From Candidatus Parvarchaeum sp. (GTDB lineage: Archaea > Nanobdellota > Nanobdellia > Pacearchaeales > GW2011-AR1), in assembly GCA_020724955.1 (NCBI GenBank), contig DYFY01000004.1, positions 34,051-66,050 on the forward strand: a DNA stretch of 32,000 bases. The letters are read 5' to 3'. This document shows positions 6,976-16,567 of the stretch, one piece after another (positions within the stretch are counted from its first letter, which is position 1; each line of letters starts with the position of its first letter). The notes under the pieces were generated by a model. The model was not told the DNA's origin. It ran no database searches and saw only the letters and a list, made by a program, of their open reading frames with translations. The position numbers were made by a program, and so were the translations under genes.

Positions 6976-9900
6976 TCATCTCTCAGGAAAGCCTTGCCCG
7001 ATTGTGGCATCTCTAACTTCTATTCTTTTTAACAAAACATCTCTCGTGCCAGGAAAAATATTCCCCTCTGAGTCAGCACAGACTGCAATAATTTCATACT
7101 CTCCGATATTTGATGTATCTAAGGGTCCGACAGCAAAAGGCTTTTGTGAACTAAACTTAGGCTCTATGTATGGCTTGCTTCCTTCTTTAGGAGAGAACTC
7201 TAACGAAACTCTAACAAAACTACACTCATGTTCAACTAACACAGACAAATCCTGATTAATCCTGACAAACTCAATGTCATCCTCTTCTGGAAAATTCTTA
7301 GATTTAAAATTAATAGACTCAATAGCATTATTTTCACATGCATCTCCAACCCCATCGGCATTAATATCTTCCTGGTCGGGATTGGAAACAGAAGGGCAGT
7401 TATCATTGCCGTTTAAAATTCCATCTCCGTCAAAATCGCCCCTTTTCCATTCAGCGTATTTCCGCAACAAATAATCTTCAAGCTTGTTAATTCCGTCCCT
7501 CACGTCGAAAAATCCTTCTCCCCTGATATCCGCGCACTGCTTGGGATCTAGAAGTTTCTTGCAAGACTCTTCCGTCAATTCAGTAGTTGCTTCAGAATCG
7601 CCATATTTCCCTTCCGCTTTCAAATTTCTTGCAATCTGCACAGCCTCTTCATATTCTAATTTCTCCTCTCCTATGCCTGACGTAGACACTCCATTAAGCC
7701 TCCTCAAAAATTCAACTTCTTCTTCTGTTAATTGCGCTTTTTCCTTCAAAGATTCCAGATTGTCAAAAAAGACAATTTTTCCTTCCCTTACACTTCCTAT
7801 AAACACCGCCGCTCCATTGGAAGATTCATAAAATACTCCTCCTGCGCTTAAAATAAAAACACTTGTAGGCCTCCCTTCCAAATAAATAAAGTCTGCTTCA
7901 AAGCTTGGAAATGCCTTAGGAAAACCCTTTTCATATCTCCCTCCAAGTTCAAATATGTTGCGCGAAGATTCAGGCGCAGTCCCGCCATCTTCACTGCTGG
8001 TTTCAGGCCCTGTTATTGCCTCATCTTTATCTTCAGCTATTCCTTCGTCAGAGCCAGTAATTTTAACATCTGCCCCGGCCAACACTTTCGCAAGCCCGTC
8101 AAACAAATTGCCTCTCAAAATAAATAAATCCGCTCTTTGATAATTCAAAAGCAAATGCTTCTCAAGCAAAGAATTTATTTTTTCCTCGAATCTCATTATA
8201 TCTTCCTTCTGCTCCCCTCCCTGGCTGATAATCCTGTTTTTCTCCTCGTTTAATTCATTTCTAATCTTTCCGAATTCCTCGGCGACTTTCAAATTGTCTT
8301 CGCTTAAAGCTTCTGTTTGCTCTTTTTGCAATTCCTCCAAGCCCTTTGTTATTTCCTCTTTTACACCTTTATCCTGGGGGATATTGCTGCTTAACGCGCT
8401 GTCAACGCTCTTCTTATCAAGCCAGCACCCTATTTTCTCGTCATTGCAATAACCGACTCTCACAAATCTGTCTTCCTCAGTTCCTTTTCCTGGATTCTCT
8501 GTCGCGCAGATTCTTGTGACTCCTCTGTTATAAATAGCCGGATCTATAGCCTCCTGTGCAGCTTCCTGAACATTTGGATTTAAGAAAGCACTTGGGTTTA
8601 TTTCTCCGGCAACACACGACCTCTCGGTAGTTATGTCTGTTCTGTTTATCTCATTGGAGACAAACTCATCCCTTATGTAATTGACTGCAAAACTGCTGCT
8701 CACTTGTTTAAACCCGCACTCTTCTTTTTGGTTTATTCTCACGCAAAGTTGCTTATATCCTGCAGGAGCTGTAAAGTCTTTAGTCTCGCTGGCAAAATCC
8801 CCTCTTCCGATAAAGCCAGAATCAACAGCTATTGTCTGTGTACTTGCAAAATGCGAGCTTGCCGGAGGATCTTTCAGGTAAACGCTGTATACAACTCCCC
8901 TGTCATTTCCGGTGAATATGTGATAAAATACTTTATATTGAGAAGTGGCCGGCAAGGTTGCATCGCTGTAAGGTATCTCGCTGAACCACGCATGGAACTG
9001 CGAAGGAGAATCAGGCTCTACCAAAGCCTCAAAATTCGTCGGTATTTTTGCAGAAACAAATGCCTGGCATATTGGCGTCCCTGCTTCTTCAAAAGACCTT
9101 GCCCTAAATGCATCAAAAGCATTCTGTGCATAGTTAGTAGTCATATAATTTATTGATTCCTGAGCATTATCAAAAGCGCTCTGTACTGTCAAATATTCCC
9201 CGCCTCCTCTGCTCTCTCCTCCTGTATAAGCATATTCTATCAGGCGCGGCAACAAACTATTTGCAACCGGTGCAACCTGTCTCCAGAAAAATTCGCAAGT
9301 ATAAACTGATGTGATTTCATCACATATTCCGACAGTTCTTCCTGTTTCCAGATTTTCCTGCAGGCATTGCTGATGGCTTTTCAAAATAGAGGTATAGCCA
9401 TCAATCCCTGCTTTTATTCCAGTGAGGCAAACAGGCACTGCAATTCCTTCCTTGACATTAGGAAGACACAACAAACTGCTTCCGATAATTCCTGTCTGAA
9501 TCACATCATCAACAGGATAAGCTCCTCCTAAATCGCACCTTGAGTTTGGACACACAACAGGATCGCATACATTAAACAACAGCAGGCATTCTTCCGGAGA
9601 CATAAAGTCTTGACACTGGGTTCCAGGAATGCTTGCAGCAGCTCTCCCCACGCTAAACAGCTGGTTTTCTATCCTTATACTGCTCTTCCCGTATTGCTCA
9701 GCAGCGTCGGTAAGTGCTTTGGTGGCTCTCTGCACAAGTTGTTCTGCCTTAGACTCGCTAACTCCAGGAAACTTATTCAAAGGCTGTCCAGTGTCAACAT
9801 CAAACCTTGAACAGATATCATCGCCTAATCCCTCCAAAAACTCAGGCCTCTTGTTTTCTCCTATGTTGCAAATCCAAAAGCTCAAGGGCCTGCCGCTTGA

Positions 9901-12900
9901 TTCAAATGCTTTTATGTTTCCAAATGCAGGCAGACTTTGTTTTGTGGCAACATACCATCCCTCATCTACATCAAACGGCACCAAAGCAGGCATTCCTTTG
10001 TAGGGCTCCCTTTCATAATATCTGATTTCTGCTGTTCCCGGTGCAAACCTGTTATTAAGCTGAATGCTCTCTTCTGCTTGTATTACGCTTATTCCATATT
10101 GTCTGTTAAATTCAGCAAGGTCTATATCTCCTCCAATTTTATTTCCATTTTCATCAACCATCACAACGCTGTCTATTTTGTATTTGCTCCCGGAAAGCTG
10201 GCTTAATTTAAGAGCGTAAATTCCTGCGCCGAGGTTGGCATTTTCAGCAATTCCCAATGAACCCGCTGCAGGCAAAGGCAATGTAGACGTATAATCTCCG
10301 ACCCCGAAAACATTTCCAGCTTTAGTGTTTGTTTCAATCTTTCTGACAGGAGCAAAAACGCTGTTTCTTCCAAGCAACACATCGCTCTCAGCAGTCAAAG
10401 CAAAGCCTTTTTCCTGCAGGCTCTTTGACTTTTCAAATTCCTGCCTGAATTTCAGATTTTCAACAGCATGCCCTCCGATAAGTTCAAGAGATTTTTCAAC
10501 GCTCTTCACACCCACACTGGAAAGAACTCCCGCATTGCCTTCTTTAAGCTCCAGATTATAATACAAATCTCTGAGCTGGTCATACCTGACAACTCCGTTT
10601 TTGTAGCTTTGGTCATCTATCAAGCCATCCACTCTCTGATTTACTCCATTGACATTGATAAGTTTGCTTCCATGTTTGCTTCTTATCTCGCTAATAAGCA
10701 TTTCCGCCGCTTTTTCTCTGTCTATCACTTTATCGTTGAACAAATTCCCAGGAGATTTTTCGGCGTTTCCCTCAATATCCTTTATCCATTTGTTCACTTC
10801 GGTTATCGCCTTGGCGCGGGCTTTTACATCATCGTTGATTTGATCTGCATTTTTATTGAAGCAGTCAGTTAATGAGTTGGCATTCCCAGAACTGACCTCT
10901 TGCTGGCAGATTTCATTCCATCCGCCTGGCCCTCTCATAGTCTGCCTCCTTGCCAAAGCCTCTCCGTTTAACCCTGTAATAAAATTCTTAACTGTTAAAG
11001 TTGCAGATGTCGCCAGACATGCCGCCTTGAGCCCCTTGATTGGATTTTCAAGACCTTTTGAAATTCCTTCCCACTTTTGTATAGACTTATTCAAATTTTC
11101 TATCTTCTCATTTGCCTTTTCAGGAGACAACTTTATAGCCCTTTTTTCTATCCCTATATTTACCGTAAAATTAGTTTCACCTTCAGTTCTTACATTCGGC
11201 TCAAGTCTTATTTTTGCAAAATCTTTGAGGTCTATGCTGTCAAGTTTCAAACTGCCTTCGCAAAAGCTTTCGGCATTTCCTATTTCCAGAGTGATTCTCT
11301 TCCCATCACCAAACTTTTCATCTCCTTTGCAATAAGCTGTAACTTCTGCTCTTCTCTCATCCAGAATTTTATCAAGAGTCAAACTCATTTCTCCTGCTCC
11401 CCCAGATTCCCCGACTCCGACATTAAACTTGCTACTCCCAAAAAAGAAATCTGCATTTGATTTTTCATCTCCTTTCGGAGCTCTGAGCTCAAGAAGTCTT
11501 ATCGTCCTGAACTTGTTGTCTACATCAACAACACTTCCTGCCAGGCTGGAATCTATTGAATAAATAAAATTAAGTCTGTCAAGCATTCCCTCTCTCTCGG
11601 CAGAATCTGGATAGATATCGACAAATTTCTCAATTAATCTTGCTTCAACGCTTTCTTTCCTTAGCCTTTTCGCCAGCTCAATAGCGTGCTTCAGTGCAAG
11701 CTCTCCTTTTGTTTCTGTCAAATCCGAGTTAAGCTCCCTCTCAAAAGCGTAATCTTCTGCAACAAGCTCATAATACTCTATCGCTTTCTGGAAATACTCT
11801 TCAGCCTCTTCGTCATATCTTGCATCAAAAAGCTTCCCGCTGGCTGCAGGAATTATTTTCCTTCCCTCAATCTCATCTAAGCTCCCATCCTTTCCGACAA
11901 TAGTGTACTTCCCGGTTTCAGAATTATAACTCCTGATTTCATAGAATTCATCCTGGTCTCCTCCAAGCTTAGTCACCAAATCTCCCGGCTCAAGAATGCT
12001 AGGGCCTATCTTCAAACTAACTCTCTCACCTCTGCAGGAAATTTCAATCTCTCCTTCATTATCTCGTATATAAGTTATTTTTCTAACATCACATTTCCCG
12101 TTTAGAATTTTGCTGCCTTCATAAACTTCCAAAATATCATCATCAACCTGCAGCTTTGCATATTTGTCTGCGGAAACAAATCCATCATAATAAACCCTCA
12201 ATCCCGCACTGCAATAAGAACCGGGAATGTAAACTTCAGAGCTTTTTCCTTTTTCCACTCTTGCAGAGCTCACCTGTCGGTCTCCTTGGTATATAATCAA
12301 TTGTGCAAAATTTGGCTCAGCATCAGCGAGCCTTACAAAATATTGTCCGTTGAAAAAACTGCTCCTGCTTCTCATCGATTTCCAGTTTTCCTCAGGAATT
12401 TCTCTAAGCAAAAACTCGCTCCTTCCGATTCCAAGAGCATTTCCGGAATAATAGTCCAGCTTGGCACTCAATGTAAAATTAATCTGGCTTGGCAGCTCGT
12501 TTTCAACAGGATTTTTCTTCAAAAGCACAACTATATATCCAACATTCTCTGTAACAGGGCTTCCGGAAAGGCGATTTGTAGTCCTTAAAGCCGCTCTCGC
12601 CGGATGGAATCCTACTCCGGCAACTTCATCAGGGTAGCTTCCTCCAAATCTTATGTTCCTTATTTCCTTGATGTCAAGCAACGGATTAACTTTCAATGCA
12701 CTCAACTGGCAAAACACAGGAACATTTTGCTCTGCGAGTAAATCGCTCCTTACTACAGCTGGCTGACATCCTGCAGGCGCGAGCTGAAGCAAAATATCCT
12801 GCCTCAACGTACAGCTCTCCGGATTGTTCAGAATTGGATAATAAGTGCTAAGCCTGTTTTCCTCGCTGTAAATTTGCCTTAAATCAGAAGGAAGATTTTT

Positions 12901-12999
12901 ATTGACAAAACTAGAACTGGTGCTGTGGTATCCCTGTGCATCAGCTCCTGCAATGAGAAAAACTGCCAAAAAAAAGCCTGCCAATATTAATTTTTTCAT
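6976..12999 (-). CDS. Giant (2007 aa) secreted Cys-rich surface protein with a thrombospondin type-3-like calcium-binding repeat
   Basis: Uninterrupted 6 kb ORF with a signal peptide (MKKLILAGFFLAVFLIAGADAQG). A strong SD (GGAGGTGG) lies about 8-15 nt upstream, and there is an ATGA overlap with the upstream gene. The Cys-dense core (QCQDFMSPEECLLLFNVCDPVVCPNSRCDL...) is at about nt 9290-9620. The TSP3-like motif DFDGDGILNGNDNCPSVSNPDQEDINADGVGDAC is at about nt 7335-7441. There is no C-terminal TM anchor. Confidence 0.8.
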   Translation of the reverse strand: MKKLILAGFFLAVFLIAGADAQGYHSTSSSFVNKNLPSDLRQIYSEENRLSTYYPILNNPESCTLRQDILLQLAPAGCQPAVVRSDLLAEQNVPVFCQLSALKVNPLLDIKEIRNIRFGGSYPDEVAGVGFHPARAALRTTNRLSGSPVTENVGYIVVLLKKNPVENELPSQINFTLSAKLDYYSGNALGIGRSEFLLREIPEENWKSMRSRSSFFNGQYFVRLADAEPNFAQLIIYQGDRQVSSARVEKGKSSEVYIPGSYCSAGLRVYYDGFVSADKYAKLQVDDDILEVYEGSKILNGKCDVRKITYIRDNEGEIEISCRGERVSLKIGPSILEPGDLVTKLGGDQDEFYEIRSYNSETGKYTIVGKDGSLDEIEGRKIIPAASGKLFDARYDEEAEEYFQKAIEYYELVAEDYAFERELNSDLTETKGELALKHAIELAKRLRKESVEARLIEKFVDIYPDSAEREGMLDRLNFIYSIDSSLAGSVVDVDNKFRTIRLLELRAPKGDEKSNADFFFGSSKFNVGVGESGGAGEMSLTLDKILDERRAEVTAYCKGDEKFGDGKRITLEIGNAESFCEGSLKLDSIDLKDFAKIRLEPNVRTEGETNFTVNIGIEKRAIKLSPEKANEKIENLNKSIQKWEGISKGLENPIKGLKAACLATSATLTVKNFITGLNGEALARRQTMRGPGGWNEICQQEVSSGNANSLTDCFNKNADQINDDVKARAKAITEVNKWIKDIEGNAEKSPGNLFNDKVIDREKAAEMLISEIRSKHGSKLINVNGVNQRVDGLIDDQSYKNGVVRYDQLRDLYYNLELKEGNAGVLSSVGVKSVEKSLELIGGHAVENLKFRQEFEKSKSLQEKGFALTAESDVLLGRNSVFAPVRKIETNTKAGNVFGVGDYTSTLPLPAAGSLGIAENANLGAGIYALKLSQLSGSKYKIDSVVMVDENGNKIGGDIDLAEFNRQYGISVIQAEESIQLNNRFAPGTAEIRYYEREPYKGMPALVPFDVDEGWYVATKQSLPAFGNIKAFESSGRPLSFWICNIGENKRPEFLEGLGDDICSRFDVDTGQPLNKFPGVSESKAEQLVQRATKALTDAAEQYGKSSIRIENQLFSVGRAAASIPGTQCQDFMSPEECLLLFNVCDPVVCPNSRCDLGGAYPVDDVIQTGIIGSSLLCLPNVKEGIAVPVCLTGIKAGIDGYTSILKSHQQCLQENLETGRTVGICDEITSVYTCEFFWRQVAPVANSLLPRLIEYAYTGGESRGGGEYLTVQSAFDNAQESINYMTTNYAQNAFDAFRARSFEEAGTPICQAFVSAKIPTNFEALVEPDSPSQFHAWFSEIPYSDATLPATSQYKVFYHIFTGNDRGVVYSVYLKDPPASSHFASTQTIAVDSGFIGRGDFASETKDFTAPAGYKQLCVRINQKEECGFKQVSSSFAVNYIRDEFVSNEINRTDITTERSCVAGEINPSAFLNPNVQEAAQEAIDPAIYNRGVTRICATENPGKGTEEDRFVRVGYCNDEKIGCWLDKKSVDSALSSNIPQDKGVKEEITKGLEELQKEQTEALSEDNLKVAEEFGKIRNELNEEKNRIISQGGEQKEDIMRFEEKINSLLEKHLLLNYQRADLFILRGNLFDGLAKVLAGADVKITGSDEGIAEDKDEAITGPETSSEDGGTAPESSRNIFELGGRYEKGFPKAFPSFEADFIYLEGRPTSVFILSAGGVFYESSNGAAVFIGSVREGKIVFFDNLESLKEKAQLTEEEVEFLRRLNGVSTSGIGEEKLEYEEAVQIARNLKAEGKYGDSEATTELTEESCKKLLDPKQCADIRGEGFFDVRDGINKLEDYLLRKYAEWKRGDFDGDGILNGNDNCPSVSNPDQEDINADGVGDACENNAIESINFKSKNFPEEDDIEFVRINQDLSVLVEHECSFVRVSLEFSPKEGSKPYIEPKFSSQKPFAVGPLDTSNIGEYEIIAVCADSEGNIFPGTRDVLLKRIEVRDATIGQGFPER

Positions 13000-14861
13000 A
13001 TGAATTCCACCTCCACTCCGTTTGCGCTGAAAACTTCTTGATTAATCTGAAGCTGCTCAAGGTTTGTTGGGCTTCCAAGGCTTTTTACATTAATAACCAT
13101 TTTTCCCTTAAGCAAATCGCTTTCTAAAAGATATGCCTCAGATCTGCCTCCTGCAGTCAATGCTCTCTCTATTTTCGTTTCAGGAATTTCAATGTCAAAG
13201 CATTTCTCCTCGGTTGCTCCAAATATTCCAAATAACCCTCCCTTAGCAACCTCAACACATTGGGTTTTTGCAGATGCAGGGATGACTATATTAGCCGCGC
13301 CATAAACATACACGCTGACATCATAAAGGTCTTCTGAAATTTTCAGTGCTTTGTTTTCAGGCCAGACCGCAGTAATCACTTTTTCCCCGGATGAAAAGCT
13401 CACAATCGCATCATCCAAAGACTCTTTTCCGTCTATTCTTAATTCAATTTCTATATCATGCTCCCTGTCCAGAATTATGTCTGCCTCTGTTTCAGAATTC
13501 GATGAAAAAAGCTGTTTTTTCCATGTATACCCTTCAGCCTCTGCAATCAGGTATCCATTCACGCACTGCGGAATTGATGTCCTCAAAACAGACTCTGTTC
13601 CGGAGATTTCTGTCTTCCCAAGTTCGCAGACACTATCAAGGCACTGGTATTTTATTTGGGCCTCGACAGGATTAAGATTATTGTCAAAACTGCGTATTTC
13701 AGCCTGTCCCTCCCTAAAATCACATGGATCAAACTCGCTTTCATCCTGAGCGGTCAAGAGCAAATCAGCCTTTCTCGGAAGATTATTGTCTATAATTACA
13801 TTAACTGGAAATTGAAAAATTTCAAGTCCATCATAAACCTGTATCATAACAGGAAAATTAATGTCATAGACAAAATGATAGGGAATATAACAGAATCCCA
13901 AAACTCCCAGCCCTTCCTGATTTCCGACAGGCTTGGAAATCATCAATTCCCCCTCGGTCGGTGTCACTTCCACTTTGCTTGGCCAGTCTTTCAAATACAA
14001 AACCTGCACCGGCTCATCAACATTCAAATCCACAACAAAATATTCATCTTCCTTTTCATCAAGGCTGTAATAGTCTCCCTTAAATTTAATGGCTTGTAGA
14101 TTTTCCTCCAAACCAGTCTTTATGTCATCAGCAACTTCACTTGCCTTCCAAATTCTTGGACTGCATTCTGCTTCAACTCCGTCAACCGGAGCATATAATC
14201 TAAGAACATCAATTGAATAGTCTTCAAGAAAATTTTCAGATGTTTGTTTGTCATAGATGCTCCTCGCAGTGTTGTAAAGCTTGCCAATTTTGCTGTCGAC
14301 GCTTATCTCATGGGATTCTTTCCTCGCACTCAACTCATTTTTGCTTGCAAAAATATTGTTATTAACAATAACTTCAGTCTTCTCGTCTTGTATATCCACT
14401 CTCACTTCAGGTTTATCAAATTCAATAAAAAATCCCTGCTCATAAAACCCAGAAAAATCGCATTCTTCCAGGCTTGTGCTAAGAAAATTTTCCAATTCAT
14501 TTTCCATTTCCCTTTCAGTTGGGACATTCTCCCTAAAGACTCCGTTCCCGGACTGGTAAAACCAAAAAGGAACAGGCGTTCCAAGAAAATTTAATTCCGA
14601 AGAAACAGGAGAAAACTCACTTGCAGGCTCATATTCCCCTGCGCTTATTCTCCCTCCCTGGCTTCCAATAAGACTCAGTCCATTGGCAGTTTTAACCTCA
14701 ATGCAATCGCTGTAATACTGATAGACAGGAGCTATCTCAGGATGTATTTCTGCCCCAAAAATCCCCAGCCTGAAAGCAAAAAACGCGGCTACAACGACAA
14801 CAATCACTATCGCGATTATGATAAAAATGCTCACCTGCCCTCTTTTATACATTTCTCTCAT
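12996..14861 (-). CDS. Membrane-anchored or pilin-like-signal extracellular protein (about 620 aa), first gene of the surface operon
   Basis: Long ORF with its stop overlapping the giant gene start (ATGA). The ATG at 14861 or 14852 gives MREMYKRGQVSIFIIIAIVIVVVVAAFFAF, a charged n-region, a KRGQ motif and a roughly 20-aa hydrophobic helix. The track start at 14954 is a TTG preceding a low-complexity basic stretch. The remainder is beta-rich with scattered Cys pairs. Confidence 0.7.
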   Translation of the reverse strand: MREMYKRGQVSIFIIIAIVIVVVVAAFFAFRLGIFGAEIHPEIAPVYQYYSDCIEVKTANGLSLIGSQGGRISAGEYEPASEFSPVSSELNFLGTPVPFWFYQSGNGVFRENVPTEREMENELENFLSTSLEECDFSGFYEQGFFIEFDKPEVRVDIQDEKTEVIVNNNIFASKNELSARKESHEISVDSKIGKLYNTARSIYDKQTSENFLEDYSIDVLRLYAPVDGVEAECSPRIWKASEVADDIKTGLEENLQAIKFKGDYYSLDEKEDEYFVVDLNVDEPVQVLYLKDWPSKVEVTPTEGELMISKPVGNQEGLGVLGFCYIPYHFVYDINFPVMIQVYDGLEIFQFPVNVIIDNNLPRKADLLLTAQDESEFDPCDFREGQAEIRSFDNNLNPVEAQIKYQCLDSVCELGKTEISGTESVLRTSIPQCVNGYLIAEAEGYTWKKQLFSSNSETEADIILDREHDIEIELRIDGKESLDDAIVSFSSGEKVITAVWPENKALKISEDLYDVSVYVYGAANIVIPASAKTQCVEVAKGGLFGIFGATEEKCFDIEIPETKIERALTAGGRSEAYLLESDLLKGKMVINVKSLGSPTNLEQLQINQEVFSANGVEVEFI

Positions 14862-15060
14862 TTCCTGCCTTTTTCCTGATAAGCTCAATAATTTCGCTGT
14901 TAATATCTTTTTTGATGCTCTTCTTGAACCTCTCCCAAAGCTTCTCGTCTTCAATAATTAGCAGATATTTTTTCACGCTCTTTCTCCCTGGAAACTATGA
15001 TAAAATTAATATATAAATGTTTCTTACTAAATTACTTACTTAGTAAGTTAGTTAATAAGA

Positions 15061-15131
15061 TGGCCCCACGCAGAATCGAACTGCGGACTCGCCCACGTCA
15101 AGGGCGCGGTTTACCACTGACCTATGGGGCC
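15061..15131 (-). tRNA. tRNA-Val (anticodon GAC)
   Basis: The reverse complement folds as a cloverleaf: GGCCCCA TA GGTCAGTGGTAAACC G CGCCC TTGACGT GGGCG AGTC CGCAG TTCGATT CTGCG TGGGGCC A. It has a 7-bp acceptor stem, a 5-bp anticodon stem, a 7-nt loop with GAC at positions 34-36, and a T-loop TTCGATT. No CCA is encoded. Confidence 0.85.
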
Positions 15132-15261
15132 TGTCCCTAACCCTTGCCAAAACATTGAAGATTGAACTTCTGTGCCTTGGCACTCTGCGAAAAACATATA
15201 TTTTTATTATGCCTTTCGCTATAAATAACTTAAAGCCCGGTTTTATAAGCTTTCTCACAAT

Positions 15262-15272
15262 CTTTATATATA
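15262..15272 (+). promoter_or_regulatory. TATA box (ctttatatata) for the 15292 gene
   Basis: The centre is about 25 nt upstream of the ATG at 15292. Confidence 0.4.
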
Positions 15273-15291
15273 TTCCAGGCTAAGAAAAGGC

Positions 15292-15552
15292 ATGGTGAAA
15301 AAGATTCTAGGGTATGTTTTAGCAATAATAGGAATATTGGCAATCTCTGCATCCTCTATAGATCAGATCCGTGCCCCGCTGGCGCCCTATATTCCTCTGG
15401 AAATTTCCAATAATTATCTTCTCATCGGTGGAATAGCTCTTGCAGTCATAGGAATTTTTCTCGTTTTGAAATCGCCACGCTCACGAAAACAAAAATCAGT
15501 TGAAGTTCCGATATACCATGGAAAAAACATCGTGGGATACCGAAGAACTTAA
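15292..15552 (+). CDS. Small two-TM membrane protein (86 aa), unknown function
   Basis: Two hydrophobic helices (ILGYVLAIIGILAISASS and LLIGGIALAVIGIFLVL) are followed by a basic tail. A TATA box sits at leaderless spacing. The stop overlaps the left target-site duplication of the IS by 1 nt. Confidence 0.5.
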   Translation: MVKKILGYVLAIIGILAISASSIDQIRAPLAPYIPLEISNNYLLIGGIALAVIGIFLVLKSPRSRKQKSVEVPIYHGKNIVGYRRT

Positions 15553-16510
15553 GCACAGCAGCATAGTCCGGAATGACTAAAACAACCAAGATTACAAAAA
15601 AATAACTGACCAGTGTTTGCTCAGATGCAGATGATTTGTCAAATTTTACATTCATTCTGATATTATAAAATAATATATGCCAGCCCATCTCTCTTTTCTT
15701 CATATAGGGCAGTTTGCTTCTTAGCTTTGGATCCTGAACTCGCTTGATAGAGGAGATAACAGATTCAACAATAGGTCTCCGATTGTAAACCTTTTTGTTA
15801 GATTGATAGTTTCTTTCTTTCCTTAATCTCTTAAAGTTATTATGCCTACATTTGCCCTTGTAATCTTTTGGTGGAGAAATAAAGTTGTTTTGATTTGCCT
15901 TGGCTAAATTTTCATATTCGTAATCCGGATAGCCCTTATCCGCAACAATCTTTACTCTTCTAAATTTGAATTTTTTTATTAGCTTCTTCCCAACAAATGT
16001 ATCGCTTCTGTTCTTTAACAGAAATGAATAGTCAATTATATGTTTTTTTCTGTTAGTATCGACGAGAATATCTAGTTTATTGTATGGTCTGCTTGTCTTC
16101 AGCTTAAACTCTTTTCTTCGCTTCTCATAGTAAGGAGATCTAAAGTTTGATTGGATGCCAGTCCCATCAATGGCAACTATTCTAAGGTCGCTTGTGTCTG
16201 TCACAAGATTGACCAATCTTTTTATGAGCTTTACTCCAAACAGCTTTAACCAATCGTGAAATGTGCTTTTCCCAGGAATCTTCTTCAAGCCAAGCCATGA
16301 AGACCATCTTGATTCGCACAGCCATTCTATGAAATCTCTAATGGACTTTTTGCTTTTTCTAAACAAAACTATTAGAGAAATACGCTGATAGTTAGTGAAC
16401 TCCTTATTGCCATAGTGATTGAAATGATTTGGCAAACCTGAATTATGAAAAAGTTTAATTAGCTGTTTTTGTACTGGATTATTAACTTGAGTGATTTGTT
16501 TTTGTACCAT
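15446..16510 (-). CDS. DDE transposase (IS4/IS5 type); the ORF has no stop inside the IS and reads about 115 nt into flanking DNA
   Basis: The first catalytic Asp is in VAIDGTGIQ and the second in IVADKGYPD. A perfect YREK signature is present (YNRRPIVESVISSIKR). The last roughly 38 codons (from ...VIPDYAAVLKFF) are encoded by the left IR and the flank. Confidence 0.7.
   Translation of the reverse strand: MVQKQITQVNNPVQKQLIKLFHNSGLPNHFNHYGNKEFTNYQRISLIVLFRKSKKSIRDFIEWLCESRWSSWLGLKKIPGKSTFHDWLKLFGVKLIKRLVNLVTDTSDLRIVAIDGTGIQSNFRSPYYEKRRKEFKLKTSRPYNKLDILVDTNRKKHIIDYSFLLKNRSDTFVGKKLIKKFKFRRVKIVADKGYPDYEYENLAKANQNNFISPPKDYKGKCRHNNFKRLRKERNYQSNKKVYNRRPIVESVISSIKRVQDPKLRSKLPYMKKREMGWHILFYNIRMNVKFDKSSASEQTLVSYFFVILVVLVIPDYAAVLKFFGIPRCFFHGISELQLIFVFVSVAISKREKFL
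15552..15560. repeat. Left copy of the 9-bp target-site duplication AGCACAGCA
   Basis: An identical 9-mer is found at 16568-16576, immediately outside the inverted repeats. Confidence 0.75.
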
Positions 16511-16567
16511 AACTGATTCAAATCACTCAAGAATAACTATTTTTCGGTCACCATTCCGGACAAAGCT
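15561..16567 (-). mobile_element. Complete IS4/IS5-superfamily insertion sequence (1007 bp)
   Basis: The imperfect terminal inverted repeats are GCATAGTCCGGAATGAC (15561-15577) and CCATTCCGGACAAAGCT (16551-16567), with shared core GTCCGGAATG. They are flanked by the perfect 9-bp direct repeat AGCACAGCA. The element holds a single DDE transposase ORF. Confidence 0.75.

Noticed and set aside
7004-12588. About 20 plus-strand ORFs of 60-159 aa inside the giant gene region (for example 8704-9156, 10856-11335, 10468-10872).
   Set aside because: All lie antisense to one uninterrupted 6-kb ORF that has a signal peptide, an SD and recognisable motifs. Their translations are low-complexity (S/L/F/P-rich) with no motifs. 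They are typical shadow ORFs.
12996-14954. The track's long version of the 652-aa protein, starting at 14954.
   Set aside because: That start is a TTG followed by a basic low-complexity stretch (KTRSFGRGSRRASKK). The ATG codons at 14861 and 14852 immediately precede the KRGQ-hydrophobic signal motif. The shorter form was adopted, though the long form cannot be excluded.
15052-15258. 68-aa minus-strand ORF.
   Set aside because: Its 3' portion is simply the tRNA-Val gene read as protein (RSVVNRALDVGESAVRF...). The tRNA cloverleaf explains the sequence.
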